64,000 bases of DNA from Octopus sinensis (lineage: Eukaryota): assembly GCF_006345805.1 (NCBI RefSeq), contig NC_043004.1, forward strand, positions 30,008,001-30,072,000, given 5' to 3'. Position 1 is the first letter of the stretch; each line of letters opens with the position of its first letter. Positions 52,250 to 64,000 of this stretch are shown here, one piece after another. The notes under the pieces are model-generated. The model did no database searches and had not been told where the DNA came from. It worked only from the letters and a program-made list of their open reading frames with translations. Position numbers and translations under genes: made by a program.

Positions 52250-53895
52250 TCCCCGATCCCTTATCTGGTGGTCGATGCGGAAATTGGAGATTGATGAATG
52301 GCTAATAAGGGCTGTACAGGCCCTATACAGAGAGGCTGTCAGCAAGGTTAGGATTGGCAACGAATATAGTGAAGAATTCCGGGTAGAAGTAGGTGTACAC
52401 CAAGGCTCAGCCCTCAGTCCCCTTTTATTCATCATAGTCTTCCAGGCAATAACAGAGGAATTCAAAACAGGTTGCTCCTACGAGCCCCTCTATGCTGATG
52501 ACCTGGCTCTCATAGCAGAATCACTACCGGAACAAGAAAAGAAATTTCGGGTGTGGAAGCAAGGGTTAGAATCAAAGGGCCTTAGAGTAAATGTAGCAAA
52601 GACCAAAGTTATGGTAAGCAGAAAGGCGAACTCAGCACACACCCCCTTGGGCAGGTGGCCCTGCTCGATCTGTAGGAAAGGTGTAGATAGAAACTCCATA
52701 AGATGCACCCAGTGTAAGCTATGGACACATAAGAGGTGCAGCAACATCAAAGGGAAATTAACTGATAAGATAGCTTTCATGTGCGGCAGATGCACAGGGA
52801 CAATAGACACCACAGATACTCAGAAAACAGATTCCATCACACTCCAGGGGGAGAAACTAGAAGTAGTTAATAGTTTCCGCTACCTGGGTGACCATCTTAG
52901 TAGTGGAGGTGGATGCTCAGAGAGTGTCACCACTAGAATACGAATAGCCTGGGCAAAGTTCAGAAAGCCCCTACCCCTACTGGCGACAAAGGGTCTCTCG
53001 CTCAAAGTGAAAGGTAGATTGTATGACGCATGTGTGTGAACTGCCATGCTTCATGGTAGTGAAACATGGGCTGTGACTGCAGAGGACATGCGTAGACTTG
53101 AAAGGAATGAAGCTAGCATGATCCGCTGGATGTGTAATGTCAGTGTGCGTGCACAACAGAGGGTAAGCACCCTGAGAGAAATGCTGGACATAAGAAGCAT
53201 CAGATGTGGTGTGCAAGAGCGACACTTGCGATGGTATGGTCATGTACTGCGGATGGATGAGGAGAGATGTGTGAAGAAGTGCCACTCCCAAACAGTTGAA
53301 GGTATCAGAGGGAGAGGTAGACCCAGGAAGACATGGGATGAGGTAGTCAAGCATGACCTCAGAGCGTTGGGCCTCACTGAGGCAATGGCAAAGGACCGAG
53401 ATCTCTGGAGATATGCTGTGACTGTAAAGACCCGGGCTGCTTCCTGCACCAGTTCCGCATAGCCCCTGCCCATTCAAAGTACCTTGGATTCCAGAACATC
53501 CCGCTGTGCTTGAGGAGACCCGTTGAGTCAAGTACATGAACATCGAAATAAATATCAACGGAAATAGTAGTTGTGATACCTGTGCCGGTGGAACATAAAA
53601 AGTACCATCCGAATGTGGCCGATGCCAGCGCCGCCTTGGCTGGCTTCTGTGCCGGTGGCACGTTAAAAGCACCAACCGATCGTGGCCGATGCCAGACTCC
53701 CCTGGCACCTGTGCAGGTGGCACGTAAAAAGCACCCACTACACTTGCGGAGTGGTTGGCATTAGGAAGGGCATCCAGCTGTAGAACACTGCCAGATCAGA
53801 CTGGAGCCTGGTGCAGCCCCTGGCTTCCCAGACCCCGGTCAAACCGTCCAACCCATGCTAGCATGGAAAGTGGACGTTAAACGATGATGATGATA
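52250..53895 (+). mobile_element. Young 5'-truncated RTE LINE (RT C-terminal half, PHD-like insert, 3' UTR, (GAT)n tail)
   Basis: GVHQGSALSPLLF, LYADDLALIA, FRYLGD and LRWYGHVLRM. The ORFs 52275-53039 and 53046-53462 are in the same frame, split by a single TGA (likely CGA>TGA). Confidence 0.93.
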
Positions 53896-54250
53896 ATATA
53901 TATGCTACATATATATTGTATAAATATATATATTATATAATATACATGTTATATATATATATTGCATAAATATATATATATAATATACATGTTATATATA
54001 CTGTATGAATATATATATTATATATATATATATATATATATTATATAAATATATATTATATATATATATATATACATGTTATATATACTGTATGAATATA
54101 TATATTATATATAAATATATATATATATATTATATATAAATATATACATGTAATGTATATATATATCATAAATACATGTAATATATAATATACATGTTAT
54201 ATATACTGTATGAATATATATATATATATATATATTATATAAATATATAT

Positions 54251-54295
<45 letters not shown>

Positions 54296-54360
54296 ATATA
54301 CATGTTATATATATATATTATATATATATATATAACATATATATATATATATAATATATA
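53896..54360. repeat. Compound (TA)n low-complexity tract
   Basis: Direct observation. Confidence 0.95.
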
Positions 54361-54368
54361 TTCATGAT

Positions 54369-56465
54369 GTGAAAGTGACACCAACATTAGTCTCGGATCC
54401 CAACATAATAGAGCTGTCTATGCTTGGGCCGAAAGTAACCAGAGACATACAGCCTAAAGGAAGCACCCAAAATCTCTCCAATCTGAACTTCTACAAAGCA
54501 GATTGGAAATCAATCCAAAAAGAGATCCTCAGAGAGGACTGGCTGAAATTTCTCTCCCCACCAGACATTGACATGAAACTAGAATGTTTCATGTCTTCTG
54601 TGCAAGCCATATGCCAAAAATATGTCTCGGAGCACAAGGCCAAAACAAATAGGAGCAAGATTCCAAGAGATAGAAAGATCCTCATGAGACGACGGACGAA
54701 GGTTGCAAATTGACTCAACCAACATCCCAAAAGCAGCGAAACGTCCTGCCTAAAAACAACACTGATAGAGATCGAAAAAAGGCTGCAACAATCCTATGTG
54801 AGGGAGAAAGCAGACAAAGAAGCCTGAGTTATAAAAAACATTAAGTCAAACCCAAAGTCCTTCTTTCATTACACAAAAGAAACAACCTCAGTCATTGCAA
54901 GATAGGACCCCTCCTCCAAAAGGATGGCTCCCTCACAGACAGTCCAAATAAGATCAGTGAGATACTGAATGACCAGTTCAAAAGTGTCTTTATCACCCCG
55001 TTGGAACACAGACAAGTGAACGAACCAGTGGACTTCATTGCCACCTCACCTATAACCAGCAAGGCAGTTACAATGGAATACATTGACATTAGCAAAGAAG
55101 ATATACTATTAGCCATAGATGAAGTGGACACAAACTCAACTGCTGGTCCTGATGGTTTCCCAGCAATCCTCCTCAAATCGTGTAAGCATGCCCTGGTAAA
55201 ACCCCTCCAGATTCTCTTTCAGAGCTTTCTTACAAATGGCAAACTGCCAAGCAAGCTGAAGGAAGGAATAATATGCCCAATACATAAAGGGGGAAGTAGA
55301 GCAGATGCCAAAAACTATAGGCCTATCTCTCTGACTTCACACATCAGCAAAGTCATGGAATGGATAGTCAGAGAGAAACTAATTGCATTCCTTGAAGAAA
55401 ATAACTTGCTGAGTGATACCCAGCATGGTTTTCGACCTGGTAGGAGCTGCCTGACCTACCTCTTACAACATTATGACTGGGTGTTGAGGCAGTTACTCAA
55501 CAAATCAAATGTGGACGTAATATACCTTGATTTTGCAAAAGCTTTTGACAAGGTGGATCATGGTATGATATGCCACAAACTGCGTGACCTTGGCATAGCT
55601 GGAAAACTTGGAGAGTGGTTACATGACTTCCTGAAAGATAGAAGTCAGGCAGTGGTGGCCAATGGAGCTACCTCAATGAAAACACATTTAGTGAGTGGTG
55701 TTCCACAGGGCACTGTCTTGGGACCACTGCTTTTTATAGTGGCCCTCTTAGATATGACCTCAAATGCCTGGATAGCCACCCTTGCAAGCTATGCAGATGA
55801 TATGAAGGTCTCGCAGAAAATACAGAACCCCAGCGATGTTGCACACCTGCAGCAGGAGTTGGACTCAATTTACAGATGGGCTGAGGATAATAATATGCAG
55901 TTTAATGCTGAAAAATTCCAAGCCCTGCACTACCAGAATCCAAAACTGAATATGAAACTTACAGGGTACACCGGTCCACAGGGAATTTCAATCCCAGAGC
56001 CTAAGTCAGTGAGGGACCTGGGTATTGACATGAGTTATGATACCTCTTTCCAAGTGCACATTACCAGGATGGCAACAAAGTGCAGACAACTGGCTGGATG
56101 GATCCTAAGAACATTCAGAACCAGAGATAAGGAAACCATGATGGTCCTCTGGCAGACATTCGTCCTCAGCCACCTGGATTACTGCTCACAGCTATGGTCA
56201 CCCACCAGTGTGAAATCAACAGCGGACCTTGAAGCAATCCAGAGAAGATTCACAAAGAAGATCGTCTCCTTGCAACAGCTAAGACTCTACTCCCTGAAGA
56301 GAAGATGAGAGGGGTATGCAGTAATATATATCTGGAAGATCCTGGAAGGAATTGTGCCAAATTTTGGCATTGAAAGCTACACCAATGCCACAACAGGATG
56401 ACAATGCATAGTGCCAAAGATCCCAGCAATGCCATCACGCTTCAGGACCAGTTACTGCAATAGCA
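54369..56465 (+). mobile_element. CR1-group (Jockey superfamily) LINE ORF2, RT largely open (55001-56308)
   Basis: NLNFYKADW, GPDGFPAILLK, NYRPISLTSHISKVME, QHGFRPGRSC, IYLDFAKAFDKVDH, SGVPQGTVLGPLLF, YADD, VRDLGI and LDYCSQLWSP. Stops in the 5' part. Confidence 0.92.
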
Positions 56466-56467
56466 GT

Positions 56468-57000
56468 AAATCTCTGATAGAAAAGCCTTTTGTTGCCAAC
56501 AGAGGTAATAGCTCTCTGAATTTCCTCCATCCTATTCTTATTCTAGCAACAATACTTTCAGAACATCCTCCCCCACTGCTAATTTGATCACCTGGGTAAC
56601 AGAGAGTATCTATAACCTCAAGAGAGCCTCCTGGGCATTAGATTGAGTCCTCAGTGCCCTTAGTGTTTATTGTTCCTGCAAATCTGGCACATATGAAGAT
56701 GGCTTCCTCTGTTAACCTAACTGTGATTCCACTGCACATCTTAAGTGTCCACAGGGTACAAAGGAATGGAATTACTTCCAACACCTTTTCTACATACTGA
56801 ACAGAGCCATTTACCAGATTAAAGAGAGTCTTATTGACTTTCTTGCTAACAACAACTTTGGCTTTCGCTAGATTAATTTTTAAGGCCCTCTGATTCCAGA
56901 TTTTGCTTCTATACCTGGAATTTCTTCTTCAGTTCTGTTATAGATTCTGCTATAAGAGTGAAGTCATCAGTATATTATAGCTCCTACAAGCAGTAAGTTT
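56468..57000 (-). mobile_element. RTE LINE RT fragment, degenerate, opposite orientation
   Basis: Minus strand YTDDFTLIAES...KWLCSVCRKGVGSNS...SSGGGCSESIVARIRIGWRKFRELLPLLATKGFS; same family as 52250. Confidence 0.8.
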
Positions 57001-59334
57001 TAAATTCCTTTGTTATGGCAAGAGGACTATGATGAATAAGAAGGACTAAGAACTGAGCTCTGGTGAGCACCTTACACCACACACACATTCACATCTTTAT
57101 AACAGTATTTTCCATTGGTACATATTGTTAAATAATCAGCTTCAGAAAAAAAATACTGAATAATATTACAAAGTTAAATGAAAGCCTAGCTAAGGCTATC
57201 ATCATCATTGTACTTTTGCTTTCCAACCCATAAGTTTGATGGGTTGTCAAGATGTGAGTTCTAATATTTGGAATTACTGTCCTCTTAGATATTGCAGGAC
57301 ACACCTCACTTGTATGTTCCCATAGTGGGAAGTTATTTATATCAACCATTTTACAATGTACTGGGTAGATATTACTGTAGCACCAACATGAGTGAGGATG
57401 CCATGTCCCTTGCGAGACAAATTAATACTCATTTGTTTATGAGATTTCCATTTGTTCAAATAGGTGTGACTAAGAGAGTGAATAGAAGAGAAAAAGTTAA
57501 GAGATAAACCAAGGTGAGAAAGGTGGCATATACACACACACTTATAGGAAAATTTTGCCATTGCAACCCAATAAAAAAAAAGTATGGAAAGTTAGAAAAC
57601 CAGGAGTAATTTAATCAAAATTCAATGCTGTGACAGTTATGTAATTGCAACACACATGTGCATACACATGCATGTATACACAGTTGCAGTTGCATATTCA
57701 TGCATTGCAGATATGCATATGTATATACATACACATATATACATGTATACACATGTACATATATTCATGTACACACATATACATATACACATACACACGT
57801 ATGTGATTTAATATAATTATCTCCTCAGTATGAATAACATTCTTGACATGATTTGGCCTACCTGTCCCCATTTACCTCAATAGAAAATAGGTCTGTTACT
57901 TGATCAGCACTGATATGAAACCAGACAATAATAAACACACAGTAAATAACTGAAATACTTAAATAAATGACAAAGCATTATTTCATTTGTTTCTGTTTAT
58001 GTATAACCTGCTGTTTATCTTTCTATTTTTATGATGGCTGTACAATGTACATATATACGTTGCATGCAAGCCACAACACGATAAATGAGCTGAGAAAGCA
58101 GAAAGACATTAAAGACATCAACCAATATATGCAGGCAAGATGGATGTTTTGGTATGGAGAAGACATAGTGTGTTGTGGATGGAGAAGACATAGTGGCCAA
58201 CTAGAATGTAGCTGTAGTGAATCATAGAGGACATGGGAAGAAATAAAATCTGATCAGAGGATGGCAGATGCCTCAAAGACAAAATGCTAAAAGGCTACGA
58301 TGCATGACAGACTCAAATATCATATGCAAATATCATCATCATCATGTTTTCTATGCTTGCAGTAGTTAGTTCAAAATGATCTAATGATTGCTGGGACTAT
58401 GTTGTACTCCAATGTCTGTTTTGGTATGGTTTTTACAGCTGGATGCCTTCCCTAATACCAACCACTTTACAGAGTGTACTGGCCGTAATTTTCTCATGAC
58501 ATCAGTACTAGTAAAGCTGTTTTGCAACTTATAAGAGTAAGGAACTAAAGGTGGCCCTGTAACTGATGGTGAGTAGAAGAGAGGGTTATGATTCTAGCCA
58601 AGGTAATGAGTAGCTAAAAAAGAGGACCAATCAAGTAATAGTCATCATAATCAACAATGACCTTTTATGTCATTTTTCTGTGCTGGCATGGGTTGGCATG
58701 GGTTGGTTAGGGTTTTCAAGGGAGTGTTTTATGACTAGATCCCCTTCCTGTCACCATCCTTTTGGTTACCTTTAACTACATAAAGACACAGTATACCTAT
58801 TCTAAAAACTGGGGCACATTGCTTGAAGAAACCTGTTGTCTTCCAGGCTTCCTCAAGTAATGAGACTATGATTAAGTGTCATGAACAAATCTTCTTAGTG
58901 TTATTGGGGATTTAAGGATAAATTGAGGGTTTAATCCCCAATAACCACAGTATTTCTATAAGGAGCACTGATCCCAGGTATTATTAACTTTGAAAACATT
59001 GTGCTGTTTTTTACCACATATTTTGCTGATTATACGATTAAGAGGAAATGTAGTGTAACCACCACTACCATTATTATTATTAAGGTGGTGAGCTGGTAGA
59101 ATTGTTAGCACACCAGGCAAAATGCTTAGCAACATTTCGTCTGTCCTTATTTTCTGAGTTCAAATTCTGCTGAGGTTCATTTTATCTTTCATCCTTTCGG
59201 GGTTGATAAATTATGTACCAGTGAAACACTGGGGTTGACATTATCGATTAGTCCCCTTGAATTTTGGCCCGTGTGGCCATTAAAGAAAGGATTATTATAA
59301 ATTATTATTATTCCAGTGGATATAAAAAAAAGAG

Positions 59335-59440
59335 GCATTTTCTGTTTCCCCTGGAACTAAACAGGGCTGTGTTTTAGTTCCTGTACTTTTCACAATATTA
59401 TTTTTGATTATGCTCCAACATGCTTTAAGGATTACCTTGA
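59335..59440 (+). mobile_element. BovB-like RTE RT fragment
   Basis: SVSPGTKQGCVLVPVLFTILFLIMLQHA resembles GVKQGCVLAPTLFSI.F..ML. Confidence 0.6.
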
Positions 59441-59542
59441 AAGTGTAAAATTTCAGCTTTACATAGTCAACTATGCACCAACTTGGGGATTAGAACTCTA
59501 AGAATTATGTTTGTTTGTTTGTGGTGAGTACAGCATTGTTAT

Positions 59543-59854
59543 CTATGGTACTGGTAAGTTCAAACTGTCATAAGCATCTCCAAAAAAATTAGTCGACGAA
59601 ACAAAATGATTGTCCCTGGTGTGATGAATGAACAGTGTGCAGTGTGGACTGCATGTTAGAAATTCCGTGTGAGAAAGAATGGCTGGTTGTATTGGAATTT
59701 CAGGAAAATATTCCACTATGATTTTCAACCTGGCGTCAATAAGTTTGTCACATAACATTTGATATTTTAAGACTGACGAGGTCATTCCATCAACATGGGA
59801 ACACTGGTTATTCTTGTTCAAATTTTGGATTTGAATTTCTATAATTTTGAATAT
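59543..59854 (-). pseudogene. Truncated Ulp1/C48-like cysteine protease domain fragment
   Basis: QMLCDKLIDARLKIIVEYFPEIPIQPAIL...LFIHHTRDNHFVSSTNFFGDAYDSL resembles the pattern WL.D..I.AA..LL..QFP...GLQ...QI.H....HWV.S.N......YDSL. The catalytic His and Asp positions are present; the downstream Gln/Cys is not seen. Confidence 0.5.
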
Positions 59855-62249
59855 CTATGTATCACTTTTCATTTTGATCTCGACAAAGACAAGCTAGCTG
59901 TTGAAATATCGTTCAAACCAATAAAATATCTATTGCAAACACATTGCGCTCTTTGTTTTGTCTATTTACCTTTGTGAAGAGTTACATCAATACTTTTAAA
60001 ATATTATTATTATTAAGGTGACAAGCAGGTAGAATTGTTAGTATACCAAACAAAATGCTTTGACAGCATTTTGTCCATCTGTATATTCTGAGTTCAAATT
60101 CGGCCAAGTTCGACTGCCTTTTATCCTTTCAAGAGTCAATGAAATAAGTACCAGTTGAGCACTAGGATCAATGTAATCAGCTAGTCTCCTCCACAAAATT
60201 TCAAGCCTTGTACCTATAGTAGACTTATTATTATTATTATCATCATCATCATTATTATGGCTAATGCATGTTAACCGAAGAAGTAGCAAGAATAGGCACT
60301 TAACAATATAAAACTGACTCTTTCATAGTTCTGAGTTCATCTGTTACATCCACTTGAAAAAGAGATAAAAACTTTGATACAGTATGTGAGGGAAAAATTG
60401 TTATTTAGGTCAAGATGAGCCCCAACTGAACAGACTATGATAATAGGTGTTTCAGCCATAAACATCCTGTCTATTTCTATTTTTTTTCCCCACATAACAT
60501 ATCCAGATCTAATAAATACTGTCCTTCCTTAAAATAGTAGTTACCTGTTAACACAGTAGTGGCCATAATATTGGTTATTAATTGATCAAAATGGTGATGC
60601 TGTAAGCACAAAGAGGTACACTTGCTGATTGGTCAAAAAGGGGATAATGTAGGTATGTCTACAGACACCAGTTCACCTGGGTGAATGAAGGGTTGTGGCA
60701 CCAGTTTATTGATGACATAAGCATATCGGTTGATGTCAGCCTAAGAAACTGCCCATTTTTGAATGTATGTTCAAGTTACTTGGATCCCCAAATATAAAAT
60801 CTACTACAAAACTAATGACAATAGTGCCAGGGTCTTCATATTTAACCTCAAAAATACAATCTTGAAAGAGATGTAAACTCATGGTTTGGAAAGATCCATT
60901 GAGAACTTTGAAACAATGAACAGAAAAAAAAAAATATGTAACTAATTTGTTTCTTTCAGAGTTATAGCAACTAAATTCTCAAAGACTTCTGTACATCAAA
61001 TATCACTTAATTATCAGAGACTTCTCAATGCTGGATATCACTAAATGTCATGCATTCAAGGCTTCTTTTTAAGTCAAACAAAGTAGCTATTACTAAATAT
61101 GGAACAAACTGATGTTGAGTACTGTGTTAGGAAATTAATTACTATGCAAGTTATTCATAGTCAAGGTAATATCATGAAAAGAGAATAGCAGCTTTAACAA
61201 GTGTTTGCTGGAGTTGTTAGTCCATTCAGACACAAAACGTAATTATATACTAGTGATTCTTAGTAATTTTATACAACTAATGAGACATGTAAATGGTTAG
61301 TGAACAATGCAATAGTGCAGTTATAGATCTTAGCTCTGACCCAGACTTGTAAGTGAATTGAAGAAAGCTGACTGATAACACTTTTAATGGAGGAAGCCTT
61401 AATGACAATTGTTAATTAGAGTGAAAATGTTTAGAGCAAAACTGTTAATGGTTAACCTAGAATTTAGGAATACTAACACTAAGAACTGAAATAAAGTTAA
61501 ATGCAGTGTTTGAGATAAAACATTGAAACCTTAGCATCAATTGTTCATAAGAAGAATTTCTGATCATTGTTATTTGAAAAATAAAAAAAAAAAAGGAAAA
61601 GAAAAGCATTATTTAAATTAACAAACATTCTAAGGGAGATAAATTAGATTCTACCAATTCTATTAACAGCCGATAGAAAAATGGCTGAATCTACAACAAA
61701 AAATTCTTCCAAAAGCATGAGTTGAAAAACTTTTTGTATTTCAGGACACGGCTTAACACTTTCGGATTTTCCAAGAAATAATATTTCTCTAATCTCTACA
61801 TGTAACTGGTTGATTGAAGGAATTATGAAAGCAAGCTGACAGACATGTTTAAGAGAAACAATTTAATGAATCTTAATACTGAACAAGATATTAATATTGA
61901 TCACTTTCTCAATCACCCTTCAGATAACTAATACAAACAACTGTCAACTTTATCAGAAGTTCCTAGTTTGATGTTTCAATATGCACAGATCTAGCATGTG
62001 ATTACTTAATCCTTTAAGTCTATATTTATTAAATTCCTATTCTGATCTGTTTAAACTGTATATCATTAAATTCTTCAGCAGAGGATATATAGCATTAATG
62101 AACTATGATTTAGATTTGTATAATTCTTCAGCCCTATCATCAAAAGAAGTTGATATCTGATGTTCCTGTTAGATAACAATATTCAAATATTATAAGCCTA
62201 TTATTTTCTCTCTCTTAGCTACCTTTATTTAAGTCAGCAACAATTTCAG

Positions 62250-62720
62250 TCATCATCATCGTCAACATACTTACATCCACTTTACTAAACTGGAATGCAT
62301 AAGATGGATTAGTTTCAACACAACGTCTCACTACTTGTGCAGTCCTTTGTCATTTGTTTTGTAATGTTCAGCAGTTTAAGTTTAGTCTTCCTCTGCTGCT
62401 CCCTGAGGTCATCCCTTCTGCGTGCTCCTTTTACTTTCATTGCTTGACACGTTTTCACCCAACAATCATTCTTCATACATGTTACATATCCACATAAATG
62501 CAGCCTCCTCTCTTGCCCACCAAAACAGACAACTCTGTTCTCCAATTTCTCTCTGAGTACACTTTTGCTGTTGTTCCTGTACACCGACATCACATAACTA
62601 GAGGAGCATAATTGCTTCCTCTCTTTTCATCCTCCACATTCAATGCATGCCTCTCATAACCATGCAACATCACACTTTATACACAAGCATCATACAGTTT
62701 GTCCTTCATTTGGAGAGACA
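62250..62720 (-). mobile_element. RTE LINE 3' part, degenerate
   Basis: Minus strand KLYDACV*SVMLHGYERHAL...RRLHLCGYVTCMKNDCWVKTCQAMKVKGARRRDDLR. Confidence 0.7.
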
Positions 62721-63663
62721 ATAATCCTTTGTAGTTAACAGAAGCAATAACTTTAAACATTTTCTGTTTTGTCCCTATTCTGGCTATGCCTTCACCCCAC
62801 CCACCCCACTGCCAATTAGATCAACCTGGTAACAAGCTAACAACTATTAATGAGTCTTCTAGTGAATGAAGTGACTATTGCAATATATTTTATAGACAAT
62901 CCCATTCTCATTTTCTACAAACAACCTACAGTAAATGCTGTAGCTTGGAAGGGTCATCATGCCAATAGTAAACACATTCACAGGTTTTATTTTATTTCTT
63001 TTATTATTTGTCAACTAATTAACCATTTAACCAAATTTCTAATCAATTATTAGATTAATCATTTAATCAACCAATCAATTAATCAATCAGCTATATTCAT
63101 TAGAGTACTTTTATCCACAATCTCATAAACGATGTGCCTTCTCTCAACAGAAAGTGATAAACAAGAATTTAAACAAACTGATTCATCTCTACACAATATT
63201 CTATAACAGTATCATTAAATGGTACCAACATTTGGAAACTTGCTCAGAGAAAATAATATCAAAGGAATTCAAGAATTGATTTCTTTCTTACACAAAAGGA
63301 TAATTTCTATATAGGACAGTATATAGTCAAAGACCTCAGTATATGACTGATACTTGTTGATTCTGGATAGACCTTTGATCTTTGAATCCAAAGAAATGAA
63401 ACTAAATAATGTAGGTTGCTGCTCTTTAGCACCTGGTAGTTCTAGCCACGACTGCCCTGTCTTTCTAAGGGCATCTAGGAATTCATTATTCAATGTTTCT
63501 TCTCTTTTTACAAGAAAGTAGAATGTAACTTGAAGAAGATTTAGCTGTTATTTCTAGAAGGTTGAATAATCATGTAGAGGCTCCATTACTGGTTTATACT
63601 GTAAGTGATTTAGTTTGGTGCCCCACTTGCATCTACAAATCATCAAGAGATAGCAGTAACCAA

Positions 63664-63722
<59 letters not shown>

Positions 63723-64000
63723 CAGAAATAGAAATTAAATTACCAAGTATTTGATAGATTTAGGGTCAAAGATCATGGAGAGATGTCACCCTGCTACAAT
63801 ATAAACACAGATATTTCAGGAATGGAAGGTTTAACTGAGGAATTAATGATTCAGTCAGTCAATGTATCAGCCTGGAATGTAGTGCAATGCTTGTAAAAGC
63901 ACTGCACAACATTCCAACCTGATATACTCACTTTAAATAGCCTAGTCCACCAAGCTCATCATCGTTTAATGTCTGCCGATGATGATGATGGGCTAGGAGT

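Noticed and set aside
55001-56308. 435-aa ORF as a host gene or active retrotransposon
   Set aside because: It is a CR1-group RT. The upstream endonuclease/linker region has stops, and the 3' end is interrupted by an inverted RTE fragment, so the copy is defective.

Overview
AT-rich, microsatellite-dense animal DNA. The SINE, RTE and mariner repertoire looks like an octopus genome; this is inferred from repeat families and was not checked against a database. The window is almost entirely a transposon graveyard: a Penelope-like RT/GIY-YIG relic, many RTE-clade LINE pieces, CR1-group LINE pieces, five mariner copies and a maT/DD37D-like element, piggyBac-like and Tc1/mariner-like MITEs, a Helitron RepHel fragment and many SINEs. 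There is one 100-N gap (50689-50788). No intact host CDS could be identified; only isolated candidate exons and one promoter-like patch. Most ORF-track entries are microsatellite translations or antisense frames of transposons. The most interesting signal is self-cleaving RNA. A tandem repeat at about 6.9-7.9 kb carries three minimal type I hammerhead ribozyme motifs with palindromic helix III, the architecture of retrozymes and Penelope-type ribozymes. A second small repeat family (42.7 kb and 52.1 kb) folds into a hammerhead with a variant CCGAYGA core. Other notable items are a canonical C4HC3 PHD-like finger embedded inside an RTE reverse-transcriptase ORF, a degenerate Ulp1/C48-like protease fragment, a mariner with two 5' ends, and RTE tails clustered at (TA)n tracts in inverted pairs.
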